A stretch of 64,000 nt of DNA. It comes from Candidatus Babelota bacterium (GTDB lineage Bacteria; Babelota; Babeliae; Babelales; CAIQNR01). The notes beneath the pieces are model-generated. The model was not told the DNA's origin. It was given only the letters and a program-made list of their open reading frames with translations, and ran no database searches. Positions 9,778 through 18,657 of the stretch are shown in pieces. Numbering within the stretch: the first letter of the stretch is position 1; each line of letters begins with the position of its first letter. The translations under genes were made by a program, and so were the position numbers. The DNA lies in assembly GCA_965658655.1 (NCBI GenBank), contig CBFHTA010000001.1, positions 250,696-314,695 on the forward strand, written 5' to 3'.

Positions 9778-11097
9778 ATGATAGAGTTTGATCGGGAGGA
9801 AAGTCACGCAACACCCTTAGCATCGATCAAGGTTGTAGGTGTTGGTGGAGCTGGAGGAAATACTATAAATTGTATGATTGAATCTGGATACAGTGGTGTT
9901 GAATTTTTAGCGGTTAACACCGATGCGCAAGCACTTAAAGATTCTCGTGCACATGTAAAACTGCAAATCGGTCAAAAGTCTACTAAGGGTTTAGGTGCCG
10001 GTGCTAATCCAGACGTTGGTCAACGTGCTGCAGAAGAAGATATCGATAAAGTTATGGAACATCTTCAAACAGCAGACATTGTGTTTGTAACTGGTGGCAT
10101 GGGTGGTGGGACTGGTTCTGGTGCACTTCATGTAATTGTTAAAGCGCTTAAAGAAAAAGGTATTTTAACTATTGCAATTATTACTAAACCATTTGGTTTT
10201 GAAGGTAGAAAACGCTCGCGTATTGCAGAAGAAGCGGTAGCAAAAGTTAAAGAGGGCGCAGATACACTGCTCATTATTCCAAACCAAAAATTACTCGATC
10301 TTGTTGACGACAAAGTTTCTATGATCGACGGTTTTAATATGATCAATGAAGTGCTTAACCAATCGGTTAAAGGTATTTCAGACATTATTACGCGTGCAGG
10401 TCACATTAATGTAGACTTTGCAGATGTGCGAGAAATTATGAAAGACCAAGGTCTTGCGGTAATGGGAACTGCTCGTGCAACTGGTGATCATCGTGCTAAG
10501 AAAGCGGCACTCGAGGCAATTTCTTCTCCATTATTAGAGAACATGAGCATTGCAGGAGCACGTGGTGTCCTTCTTAATATTACTGGTGGTTCGAACCTTG
10601 GATTGCATGAAATTAGCGAAGCAGCTTCAATTATTTATGATCAAGCAGATGAAAATGCAAATATTATTCTGGGTTCGGTTATAGATAAAGAAATAGGTGA
10701 TGAAGTTTCTGTTACTGTTATAGCAACAGGTTTTGACGAAAGTTGCGAAGTTGTAGACCGTTCAATTCCAACTGCAGTGCGTGATGAACATCCTGAAGTA
10801 CGGCAAGCTACTGGTGGAGACGGAAACAGTGGAGATGTTGAAGAGATTGTTGAAGACGAAAGCACTCCTCTTCCACCAATAGAACCAGAAGAAGATGAGC
10901 ACTCAATGAAGCCTGCGCAAGATTCAGGTGAATTAAAACCAGAAGCGCCTCGCCCTCAAGAAGAACAACGTCAAGAACAAAGAGAAGCGCAATCTGTTGT
11001 AGAAGAACAATCAGGTTCGGTCAATGTTAATGATCTTGATGTTCCAACATTTATGCGCAAAAAGGGTCAGCATCAAAAATATAATAAGAACGACTAA
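9778..11097 (+). CDS. ftsZ: Cell division GTPase FtsZ with a long acidic/Pro-rich linker
   Basis: IKVVGVGGAGGN and the tubulin signature GGMGGGTGSGA. About 100 aa E/Q/P-rich linker. Conserved C-terminal peptide DLDVPTFMRKK. Confidence 0.95.
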   Translation: MIEFDREESHATPLASIKVVGVGGAGGNTINCMIESGYSGVEFLAVNTDAQALKDSRAHVKLQIGQKSTKGLGAGANPDVGQRAAEEDIDKVMEHLQTADIVFVTGGMGGGTGSGALHVIVKALKEKGILTIAIITKPFGFEGRKRSRIAEEAVAKVKEGADTLLIIPNQKLLDLVDDKVSMIDGFNMINEVLNQSVKGISDIITRAGHINVDFADVREIMKDQGLAVMGTARATGDHRAKKAALEAISSPLLENMSIAGARGVLLNITGGSNLGLHEISEAASIIYDQADENANIILGSVIDKEIGDEVSVTVIATGFDESCEVVDRSIPTAVRDEHPEVRQATGGDGNSGDVEEIVEDESTPLPPIEPEEDEHSMKPAQDSGELKPEAPRPQEEQRQEQREAQSVVEEQSGSVNVNDLDVPTFMRKKGQHQKYNKND

Positions 11098-11120
11098 GTT
11101 TTAAGTAAGACAACGAGCTG

Positions 11121-11149
11121 GGAGCAGGTGACCGCTGCTCCTTTTTTTT
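11121..11149 (+). terminator. Rho-independent terminator after ftsZ
   Basis: Stem ggagcag / ctgctcc with a 7-nt loop, followed by an 8-T run. Confidence 0.8.
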
Positions 11150-11301
11150 GTTCATTTTTAGTTGTATTTATTTTCATAATAAGCTTAATTTAGTTTGCTT
11201 TTGAGTTAAAGAACTTACTGAATGCGTGTATTCTTGTTTTTTCAATTTCTGAAATGTTATCCTAAAGAGGTTATTTAAGAATATTATTTCAGGAGGTTAA
11301 G

Positions 11302-12390
11302 ATGAAGAAGTTATTTTTACTATTAAGTTTATATGGAATGGCGATACAGGGCGGTTCGATTTCTGAACATAAAACTTTTGCTTCTCTAGTAGCAAAAGAT
11401 AAGATTCCAAAGGTTGTTAAAGGTGTTTTAAATTTGAAGGACTTGGATCTCGAAGGTCCGCTCAGAGCTCATGATTTTAAAAATATGCCTGATAAAGAGA
11501 AAGTAACAGCGATTTATTTCTATGCCAATAAGCTTACTCGAATTGAGCCAGGAGCCTTTGAAGGATTTACTGCTTTAAAAACACTGGGTCTTGGTAATAA
11601 TAAGATTACTGATATTGAATCAAAAACATTTGCAGGGCTTGCTAATTTGACAGCGCTTGATATGGCGAATAATAATATTACTCGAATTGAGCCAGGAGCC
11701 TTTGCTGAACTTACTGCTTTAAGAACATTGGGTCTTAGTAATAATAAGATTACTGATGTTGAATCAAAAACATTTGCAGGGCTTGCTAGTTTGACAACGC
11801 TTGATATGGCGAATAATAATATTACTCGAATTGAGCCAGGAGCCTTTGCTGAACTTACTGCTTTAAAACTTCTTCACCTTTCTTATAATGAGATTGCTCG
11901 CATTGAATCAAAAACATTTGAAGGGCTTGCTAGTCTCACTCATCTTAGTTTTACGGGTAATAAGATTAGTCATATTGAGAAAGAAGCTTTTGCTGAACTT
12001 ACCGCTCTACAGGAGCTTGCTCTTGCTCATAATAAGATTAGTCATGTTGCATCAAACACATTTAAAGGGCTTGCTGCTTTAGTAAGGCTTTATCTTTATA
12101 AAAATAACATCACCCATATTGAGAAAGGAGCTTTTACAGGACTCCCTGCTCTAAAAGAACTTGCTCTTTTTAGTAATAAAATTACCCATATTGAGAAAGG
12201 AGCTTTTGTTGGGCTTACTGCTTTAAGAAAGCTTAATCTTGGAAGTAATGAGATTACTCATATTGCAGAAGGCGTTTTTGGTGATCTTATTGGTTTAAAA
12301 TACCTGGACATTACGGACAACAAACTGTCTCTAGACAAAGAAAAAGCAATTAGGAAAGAGGTTCCTCAAGGTTGTATTGTAAGTTTTTAG
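11302..12390 (+). CDS. Secreted leucine-rich repeat protein (about eleven 24-residue repeats of the typical type)
   Basis: Signal peptide MKKLFLLLSLYGMAIQG. Repeated LxxLxLxxNkIxxIexxaFxgLxx units (LTALKTLGLGNNKITDIESKTFAG, LANLTALDMANNNITRIEPGAFAE, and so on). Confidence 0.85.
   Translation: MKKLFLLLSLYGMAIQGGSISEHKTFASLVAKDKIPKVVKGVLNLKDLDLEGPLRAHDFKNMPDKEKVTAIYFYANKLTRIEPGAFEGFTALKTLGLGNNKITDIESKTFAGLANLTALDMANNNITRIEPGAFAELTALRTLGLSNNKITDVESKTFAGLASLTTLDMANNNITRIEPGAFAELTALKLLHLSYNEIARIESKTFEGLASLTHLSFTGNKISHIEKEAFAELTALQELALAHNKISHVASNTFKGLAALVRLYLYKNNITHIEKGAFTGLPALKELALFSNKITHIEKGAFVGLTALRKLNLGSNEITHIAEGVFGDLIGLKYLDITDNKLSLDKEKAIRKEVPQGCIVSF
11575..11862. repeat. Near-identical 144-bp tandem DNA duplication (two LRR pairs) inside the LRR gene
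   Basis: tatggcgaataataatattactcgaattgagccaggagcctttgctgaacttactgctttaa occurs at 11661 and again at 11805 (period 144 bp), with only a few substitutions across the unit. Confidence 0.8.
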
Positions 12391-12532
12391 TAATTAAACT
12401 AGGATTTGACATTAGGCATAAATTTAAAATTTTATGTCAGGTTGGTGTCTTACCACAAGAAACTTATAACAGCTAAAGGTAGTTAAAAGTTGTATGGCAA
12501 AGTTTAAATTGAATTGTCATTGTATACTTTAT

Positions 12533-13531
12533 TTATCTTACTTTATTAATAGGTTTTTTCTTTAAGAATGCTTTAATGTTTTCAATAGTGCTATCTAAAA
12601 TCCTTTTAAGAGCAGCTTCTGTGTTAAAAGCATTATGAGGTGTAACCACTACATTGGGCAACTTCATAAGTTTGTGTTGTAGCCTTAGAAGTCGTTTCGA
12701 ACATAATCGCGGATACTTTTTGTGTAAATTTTGTTGACGCTTACTGAATACACATTCTTCTTCAAGGACATCAAGCCCGGCACCAGATAAGATTTTTTTA
12801 TGGAGAGCTGTCCACAAAGCTTTAGTTTCTATCAGCCCACCACGAGCAGTGTTGATTACAATAGTTCCTGGTTTAATTTTCTCTATGTTGTTCATGTTGA
12901 GCATATGTTTGGTGCTTGGTAAAAGTGGTGTATGAAATGTAATTACATCAGACTGTTTAAGTAACTGGTTAAACGTGACGTACTTAAAGTCGTATTTTTT
13001 AGGAAGCTTTGCGTCTTTATGAATATCGTAGGCGATAACATTCATGCCAAAGCCATTGGCAATTGTAATAACATGTTTTCCAATATCTCCTATTCCTACA
13101 ACGCCAATTGTTTTTTCTTTAAGATCAATTCCAGTGAGTTGAGAATGGAGTACATTGCCTTTCTGTGCCTTGTGTTCTGAAACTAATAGTTTACGTGCTA
13201 CAGCAAGTAGGAGTGCAAACGCGTGCTCGGCAACTGTGTTTTGGCCATATCCAGGAACATTGCAGGTAGTGATGGTATTGATAATGTTTTGATCAATGTG
13301 GTCGTAACCGGTAGAGGTTGTGACAATCATTTCTACGTTGGGCAATTCGCACATAATATCGTTATCTATTTTGGAGTAAATAAATACAGCTATAATGTTC
13401 GCTTTTTTTGCTTTAGAGACAGTTTTATCGCTTAATGGTTGAGATGTAAAACTGAATGTATGCTTGGGAAGTTTTTCTTTAAGATAGGTTTCCATCCATG
13501 GTTCTACTTCATAAAAGGCGATGTGGGCCAT
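12533..13531 (-). CDS. D-isomer-specific 2-hydroxyacid dehydrogenase (D-lactate/phosphoglycerate dehydrogenase family)
   Basis: NAD fold GVVGIGDIGKHV. Catalytic region INTARGGLIET, GAGLDVLEEE and VVVTPHNAFNT. Start set at the ATG 13531 (MAHIAFYEV), preceded by aaggag. The ORF track extends to 13567. Confidence 0.8.
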   Translation of the reverse strand: MAHIAFYEVEPWMETYLKEKLPKHTFSFTSQPLSDKTVSKAKKANIIAVFIYSKIDNDIMCELPNVEMIVTTSTGYDHIDQNIINTITTCNVPGYGQNTVAEHAFALLLAVARKLLVSEHKAQKGNVLHSQLTGIDLKEKTIGVVGIGDIGKHVITIANGFGMNVIAYDIHKDAKLPKKYDFKYVTFNQLLKQSDVITFHTPLLPSTKHMLNMNNIEKIKPGTIVINTARGGLIETKALWTALHKKILSGAGLDVLEEECVFSKRQQNLHKKYPRLCSKRLLRLQHKLMKLPNVVVTPHNAFNTEAALKRILDSTIENIKAFLKKKPINKVR

Positions 13532-13593
13532 AGGTTTCTCCTTTAGTTTTGGTAAGAAGTATACCATGCTTGTGTTATGTTAAAGCAATAAAA

Positions 13594-13613
13594 AAGGGCC
13601 CCATAGGGCCCTT
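13594..13613 (-). terminator. Terminator hairpin after 13637..14137
   Basis: Perfect 8-bp stem aagggccc/gggccctt with a 4-nt loop. On the minus strand it runs into a T-rich tract (tttttatt). Confidence 0.7.
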
Positions 13614-13636
13614 GTACTTTAATATGCTAATAATAT

Positions 13637-14137
13637 TTAGAGTGGTTTTTCTTTAGCACGTCTGTTCTTAAGACCGTTTTCTGATCCAACGTGGTTAAGA
13701 AGACGAGAAAGATGAGGCATGTTGCTGTCAATAAAGCTACCCATTGTCTCTGTTGTTAATACTGCGTGTGTTGCTGCAACAGCTACACAACCAGCTACCA
13801 AGCGAACAAGAGCATTGTTTGCTTCTGTTCCGTAAGGTAGGCCATTGATAGTTTCGTTTACAGCTACTGGGTACGATGGTGTCAAATCTTTAGGCAGTTG
13901 TGTAACTACCTGGTTTCCTACAACATAAAATGCTGCTGGATAAAGTAGTTGATCAATGCCTCGGGCAACAGCGCTCACAGCTGTTCTAATTTGTGTTCCT
14001 GCTAAGTTACGAGTTTTGTGAGCTGTGTCTTTGGTCATTCTTCTGATGCCACCAAAACGAGATGTTTTTGCTTCCATTGATCCTAATGAAAGTAGTAGTA
14101 AGGCGGAAAGTGCAATAGTTCCTTTAGTACGCTTCAT
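13637..14137 (-). CDS. Secreted hypothetical protein
   Basis: Signal peptide (TIALSALLLLSLGSMEA). 166 aa. No recognised motif. Confidence 0.5.
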   Translation of the reverse strand: MKRTKGTIALSALLLLSLGSMEAKTSRFGGIRRMTKDTAHKTRNLAGTQIRTAVSAVARGIDQLLYPAAFYVVGNQVVTQLPKDLTPSYPVAVNETINGLPYGTEANNALVRLVAGCVAVAATHAVLTTETMGSFIDSNMPHLSRLLNHVGSENGLKNRRAKEKPL

Positions 14138-14278
14138 ACGTATCTCCTTTAAATAGATTACAAGTTTCCTTTAAGAAAACGGTATCATACTTGTTTATGT
14201 CTGTAAAATACAAGAAAAAATACAAACATAACTAAAGACGATAACATAAAAAGAGCACTTTATGGCAAGGATATGTAA

Positions 14279-15007
14279 ATGATTATCTATGAAAATCTTT
14301 CTTTTACTCTTTACTTTGGCGATCAGGCACAGCAGATTGAACCGAGTAAATGTAAATCTTTAACAAGCAGTTCTTTATTTTCTCAAGATCCCTTTGGACT
14401 ATTAGAAAAAAGGTTGAATGTCTCTGTACTTACTTTTTTGCATCAGGTACATAAGGCAGATGGCAAAATTGTTAAAAGTAAAAAATCTATAGAAGATGTC
14501 CCGTTATTTTTTGAAGAAGGGGATTATCTTGCAACTAATCAATCTACTGTAGGGTTAGGTATTGTAACAGCAGACTGCTTACCCATTGTGTTTTTTGATA
14601 GGTTGCATAAGGTAGTAGCTATTGCTCACGCAGGTTGGAGAGGTTCGATTGCAGGCATTGCTATAAAAGTAATGAAAGATCTAGAAACGTATTTTTTTAC
14701 TCAAAAAAAAGATGTAACAGTTTTTTTTGGCCCAGCAGCAAAAAATTGTTGTTATCAGGTTGATGAACCATTTTTAGAAAAAATAGGATCAGGTTATTCT
14801 GTTGAGAAAGCGCTTTCTCAAAAAAATAATCACTATTATTTTGATTCAGCTTTATACAATGCACAAGAACTCATTTCGTTTGGATTTTCAGAGCAGCAAC
14901 TTGTATTTGATTATAATGTATGTACCATATGCAACGATAATTTTTGTTCGTATCGTCGTCAGGGAGGCTTAAGCACACGGCAGATTACGGTGGTTTCATT
15001 GAAATAG
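14279..15007 (+). CDS. pgeF: YfiH/PgeF (DUF152) family protein: peptidoglycan editing factor / multicopper-oxidase-like purine nucleoside enzyme
   Basis: Family motifs VTADCLPIVFFD, AIAHAGWRGSIAGI and the C-terminal CTICNDNFCSYRR. Confidence 0.8.
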   Translation: MIIYENLSFTLYFGDQAQQIEPSKCKSLTSSSLFSQDPFGLLEKRLNVSVLTFLHQVHKADGKIVKSKKSIEDVPLFFEEGDYLATNQSTVGLGIVTADCLPIVFFDRLHKVVAIAHAGWRGSIAGIAIKVMKDLETYFFTQKKDVTVFFGPAAKNCCYQVDEPFLEKIGSGYSVEKALSQKNNHYYFDSALYNAQELISFGFSEQQLVFDYNVCTICNDNFCSYRRQGGLSTRQITVVSLK

Positions 15008-15067
15008 TAGTCATCGTAGTCTACACTGTCAGGATACATTCGAATGAGAAATAAAGGATAAAAATAG

Positions 15068-17608
15068 ATGATTACCAATATTATTGCCAAAGTCATGGGT
15101 ACTCAAAATGATAGGGAGCTGAAAAAGCTACAGCCCCTGGTTGATCAGATTAATAATTTTGAGCCTACAATAAGCGCATTACGCGATGAAGATCTTGCCC
15201 ATAAAACAAATGAATTTAGAGAGCGTTTAAGTAAAGATGAAACGCTTGACGATATTCTGCCAGAAGCATTTGCTGTTGTTCGTGAAGCAGCAAAAAGAAA
15301 ACTTGGCCAGCGTCATTTTGATGTTCAGTTAATGGGTGGCATAGTATTGCATCAGGGTAAAATCGCAGAAATGAAAACCGGTGAAGGTAAAACATTAACT
15401 GCAACATTGCCTCTCTATTTAAATGGTTTGACTGGAAAAGGAGCTTTCCTTATTACGGTTAATGATTATCTTGCTCGTCGTGATGCTGATTGGATGCGTC
15501 CTATTCTAGAGTTTCTAGGATTAACTGTTGATATTGTTCAACACGATATGAGTGATGAGGATCGTAAAAAAGCTTACGAGGCAGATGTTATTTACGGAAC
15601 TAATAATGAATTAGGTTTTGATTATCTTCGAGATAATATGAAGTTTCGCTTAGAAGACTATGTGCAGAATACTTTACCGTTTGCCATTGTTGATGAAGTT
15701 GATTCTATTTTGATTGATGAAGCCCGTACTCCTTTAATTATTTCTGGTTCTTCTGAGCAAGGGGCAAAGCTGTATGAAGCTGCTAATAATGCAGTTAAAA
15801 ATTTACAGAAAGAAGTTGATTATGAGGTAGATGAAAAACAAAAAAGTGTATTGTTGACCGAAGCAGGGACCGACAAAGTTGAGGCCTCTTTTGGTGTAGA
15901 CAACATGTATGCTATTGAAAATTTAAATATTCTTCATCATGTTAACCAAGCTTTGCGTGCACATACTTTATTCCGTAAAGATGTTGAGTATATGGTACGA
16001 GACAATCAGGTCTTGATTGTTGATGAATTTACTGGCCGTGTATTGAGTGGCCGTCGATATAGTGATGGGCTGCATCAAGCGCTAGAAATGAAAGAAGGCG
16101 TTGCGGTTGAAAAAGAAAGCCAAACACTTGCATCTATTACACTTCAGAATTTTTTCAGATTATTTGGAAAACTTTCAGGTATGACTGGTACGGCAATGAC
16201 CGAGTCGGAAGAATTTCATAACATTTATAAATTAGATGTTGTAGCGATTCCAACTAATAGAACTTTGTTAAGAAAAGATAAGCAAGATCTTATCTTCTTA
16301 ACAGAAGCAGGAAAGTTTAAGGCAATTGTTGAAGACATTCGAGAACGTCATAAAAAAGGTCAGCCAGTTTTAATTGGTACTATTGCGGTTGAAACTTCAG
16401 AGCGCTTGAGCCAGGTTTTGCGAGCAGAAGGGATTCCTCATGAAGTTTTAAATGCAAAACAGCATGAGCGAGAAGCAGAAATTGTTGCACATGCTGGTGA
16501 GCCGGGACACATTACGATTGCAACCAATATGGCTGGTCGTGGTACTGATATTAAATTGTCACCACAATCTTTAGAGGCTGGCGGATTGTATATTTTAGGA
16601 ACCGAGCGTCATGAATCTCGTCGAATTGATAATCAATTGCGTGGTCGTTCTGGTCGTCAGGGAGATCCTGGAGAATCTCGTTTTTATATTTCATTAGAAG
16701 ACGAGTTAATACGTGTCTTTGGTGGTGGAAACTTCGACCTGCGTGACCGAATGAGGTATGCAGGGATGACTGATGATGAGGCAATTGAATCATCTTGGGT
16801 ATCTGGAAGTATTGAGAGTTCACAAGAAAAAGTTGAGAAGCATAACTTTGACATTCGTAAACATTTGCTTGAGTACGATGATGTTATGAACCAACATAGA
16901 AAAGTTATTTACACATATCGTCGCGATATACTTGAGGGTGCAGAACAAATACATGAGCTTGTGCGTGATATGATTATTACGGGTGTTCAAGATGCATTTG
17001 CATATATGGTTCCAGACCGTTCTCTTAATCAAAAGCAAATAGATGAATTATATGAGTTCTTATCTAGAATGACTCATTTAGAAAAATCACTTTTTGAGAA
17101 ACAACAGTTTAATCTTTCAAATAGTGACATTTTGAAAAAAGATATTATTAACTTCTTGCTTGCACAATATGCTTTGTACCGTCAAGGGCAAGAAGAAGAG
17201 AAAATTAGTGAAGCAGAGAAATGGGTTATGCTTGAGACTGTAGATCATGCTTGGAAGCAACATATGTTAAACCTTGATCATTTAAAAGAAGGTATTAATT
17301 TACGTAGTTGGGGGCAAAAAAATCCATTGATCGAGTATAAACGAGAAGCCTTTCAAATGTTCGAGGAAATGATGGGGCAAATTCGTTGGGAAATTGTTCA
17401 CAGAATTTTTCATTTAAATACCGCACGCTTTAATACGGAAGAAATTGAACGTAAACGCCAAGAAGAGCTTGATGCTCTTCAGATGACTGGTGGCCAGGAG
17501 AATAGCTCTGGAGAGCGCGAACCAGTTCTTCGTGATGAGCCTCGTATTGGGCGGAATGATCCCTGTCCATGTGGGTCGGGTAAAAAACATAAAAAGTGCT
17601 GCGGCTAA
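15068..17608 (+). CDS. secA: Preprotein translocase ATPase SecA
   Basis: Walker A MKTGEGKTL, DEAD-like box VDEVDSILIDEARTPLIISG, TNMAGRGTDI. C-terminal zinc motif CPCGSGKKHKKCCG. Confidence 0.97.
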   Translation: MITNIIAKVMGTQNDRELKKLQPLVDQINNFEPTISALRDEDLAHKTNEFRERLSKDETLDDILPEAFAVVREAAKRKLGQRHFDVQLMGGIVLHQGKIAEMKTGEGKTLTATLPLYLNGLTGKGAFLITVNDYLARRDADWMRPILEFLGLTVDIVQHDMSDEDRKKAYEADVIYGTNNELGFDYLRDNMKFRLEDYVQNTLPFAIVDEVDSILIDEARTPLIISGSSEQGAKLYEAANNAVKNLQKEVDYEVDEKQKSVLLTEAGTDKVEASFGVDNMYAIENLNILHHVNQALRAHTLFRKDVEYMVRDNQVLIVDEFTGRVLSGRRYSDGLHQALEMKEGVAVEKESQTLASITLQNFFRLFGKLSGMTGTAMTESEEFHNIYKLDVVAIPTNRTLLRKDKQDLIFLTEAGKFKAIVEDIRERHKKGQPVLIGTIAVETSERLSQVLRAEGIPHEVLNAKQHEREAEIVAHAGEPGHITIATNMAGRGTDIKLSPQSLEAGGLYILGTERHESRRIDNQLRGRSGRQGDPGESRFYISLEDELIRVFGGGNFDLRDRMRYAGMTDDEAIESSWVSGSIESSQEKVEKHNFDIRKHLLEYDDVMNQHRKVIYTYRRDILEGAEQIHELVRDMIITGVQDAFAYMVPDRSLNQKQIDELYEFLSRMTHLEKSLFEKQQFNLSNSDILKKDIINFLLAQYALYRQGQEEEKISEAEKWVMLETVDHAWKQHMLNLDHLKEGINLRSWGQKNPLIEYKREAFQMFEEMMGQIRWEIVHRIFHLNTARFNTEEIERKRQEELDALQMTGGQENSSGEREPVLRDEPRIGRNDPCPCGSGKKHKKCCG

Positions 17609-17620
17609 CACTGGATTGTA

Positions 17621-18622
17621 ATGAAGCAAAAAACAATTTTAGTAACCGGCGGAGCGGGCTACATTGGTTCGCATACCGCTTGGTTGTTATCCCAAAAAAA
17701 ATATCAAATAATTATTCTTGATACGCTTTATCAAAATCAACCGTTCAACCATTCCTGGGCAACCCTCATTAAAGGTGATTTTGGAGATAAAGCATTGCTC
17801 GAAAAGATTTTCACCGAGTATAGCATTAGTGCCGTAATGCATTTTGGAGCTTATCTCGCTGTAGGCGAGTCGGTAAAGCATCCTCTTGAGTATTATCAAA
17901 ATAATGTGGTTAAAACGCGTACATTGCTCGACACTATGATTAAACACAACATATTAAAGTTTGTTTTTTCTTCTAGTTGCGCAGTGTATGGATACCCACA
18001 AACGTTACCGTTAACAGAAGAACATTCACGCAATCCTATTAATCCTTATGGTAAAACAAAGTATGTAGTTGAGCTCATGCTCGAAGACTGTGCTCAAGCG
18101 TATGGGTTAAATTATGTAAGTTTACGATACTTTAATGCAGCTGGTGTTATTCCATATGAGAATTTATATGAATGGCATATTCCAGAAACGCATTTAATTC
18201 CACTTGTTTTACGTGCAGCACTAACGAATAAACCGATCTCTATTTTTGGAACAGACTATAACACACCAGATGGCACTTGTGTGCGTGATTATATTCATGT
18301 ACAAGATCTAAGCACTGCTCATTATAAAGCGTTGCAACATGTTGAGTATAACCGTCCTTCCGATGTTTTTAATTTGGGAACCGGGACCGGATACTCAGTA
18401 CAAGAAATTATTACGGCTGCGCAAGAGGTAACAGAACAAGAGATTAAAATTACTTATGCCGATCGGCGAGCGGGAGATCCCCCAGTGCTAGTGGCCAATG
18501 CTACAAAAGCAGCAAATATTTTACAATGGAAACCGCAGTCTTCTGACATGCATACTATTTTAAAAACTGCATGGATAGCGGAGCGCTTTTGTTTTGAGCA
18601 AGAAAAAAGGCCTCAACTTTGA
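17621..18622 (+). CDS. galE: UDP-glucose 4-epimerase
   Basis: Rossmann motif ILVTGGAGYIGSH. SDR catalytic YGKTK. 333 aa, with DYIHVQDL typical of GalE. Confidence 0.88.
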   Translation: MKQKTILVTGGAGYIGSHTAWLLSQKKYQIIILDTLYQNQPFNHSWATLIKGDFGDKALLEKIFTEYSISAVMHFGAYLAVGESVKHPLEYYQNNVVKTRTLLDTMIKHNILKFVFSSSCAVYGYPQTLPLTEEHSRNPINPYGKTKYVVELMLEDCAQAYGLNYVSLRYFNAAGVIPYENLYEWHIPETHLIPLVLRAALTNKPISIFGTDYNTPDGTCVRDYIHVQDLSTAHYKALQHVEYNRPSDVFNLGTGTGYSVQEIITAAQEVTEQEIKITYADRRAGDPPVLVANATKAANILQWKPQSSDMHTILKTAWIAERFCFEQEKRPQL

Positions 18623-18632
18623 GGCCTTTTTT
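18603..18632. terminator. Bidirectional terminator between convergent galE and 18658..19929
   Basis: Stem ggcctca/tgaggcc with a 4-nt loop, flanked by an A-run upstream and a T-run downstream. It overlaps the galE stop codon. Confidence 0.8.
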
Positions 18633-18657
18633 AATTTAAAGCGATAGTGGTTTATGA

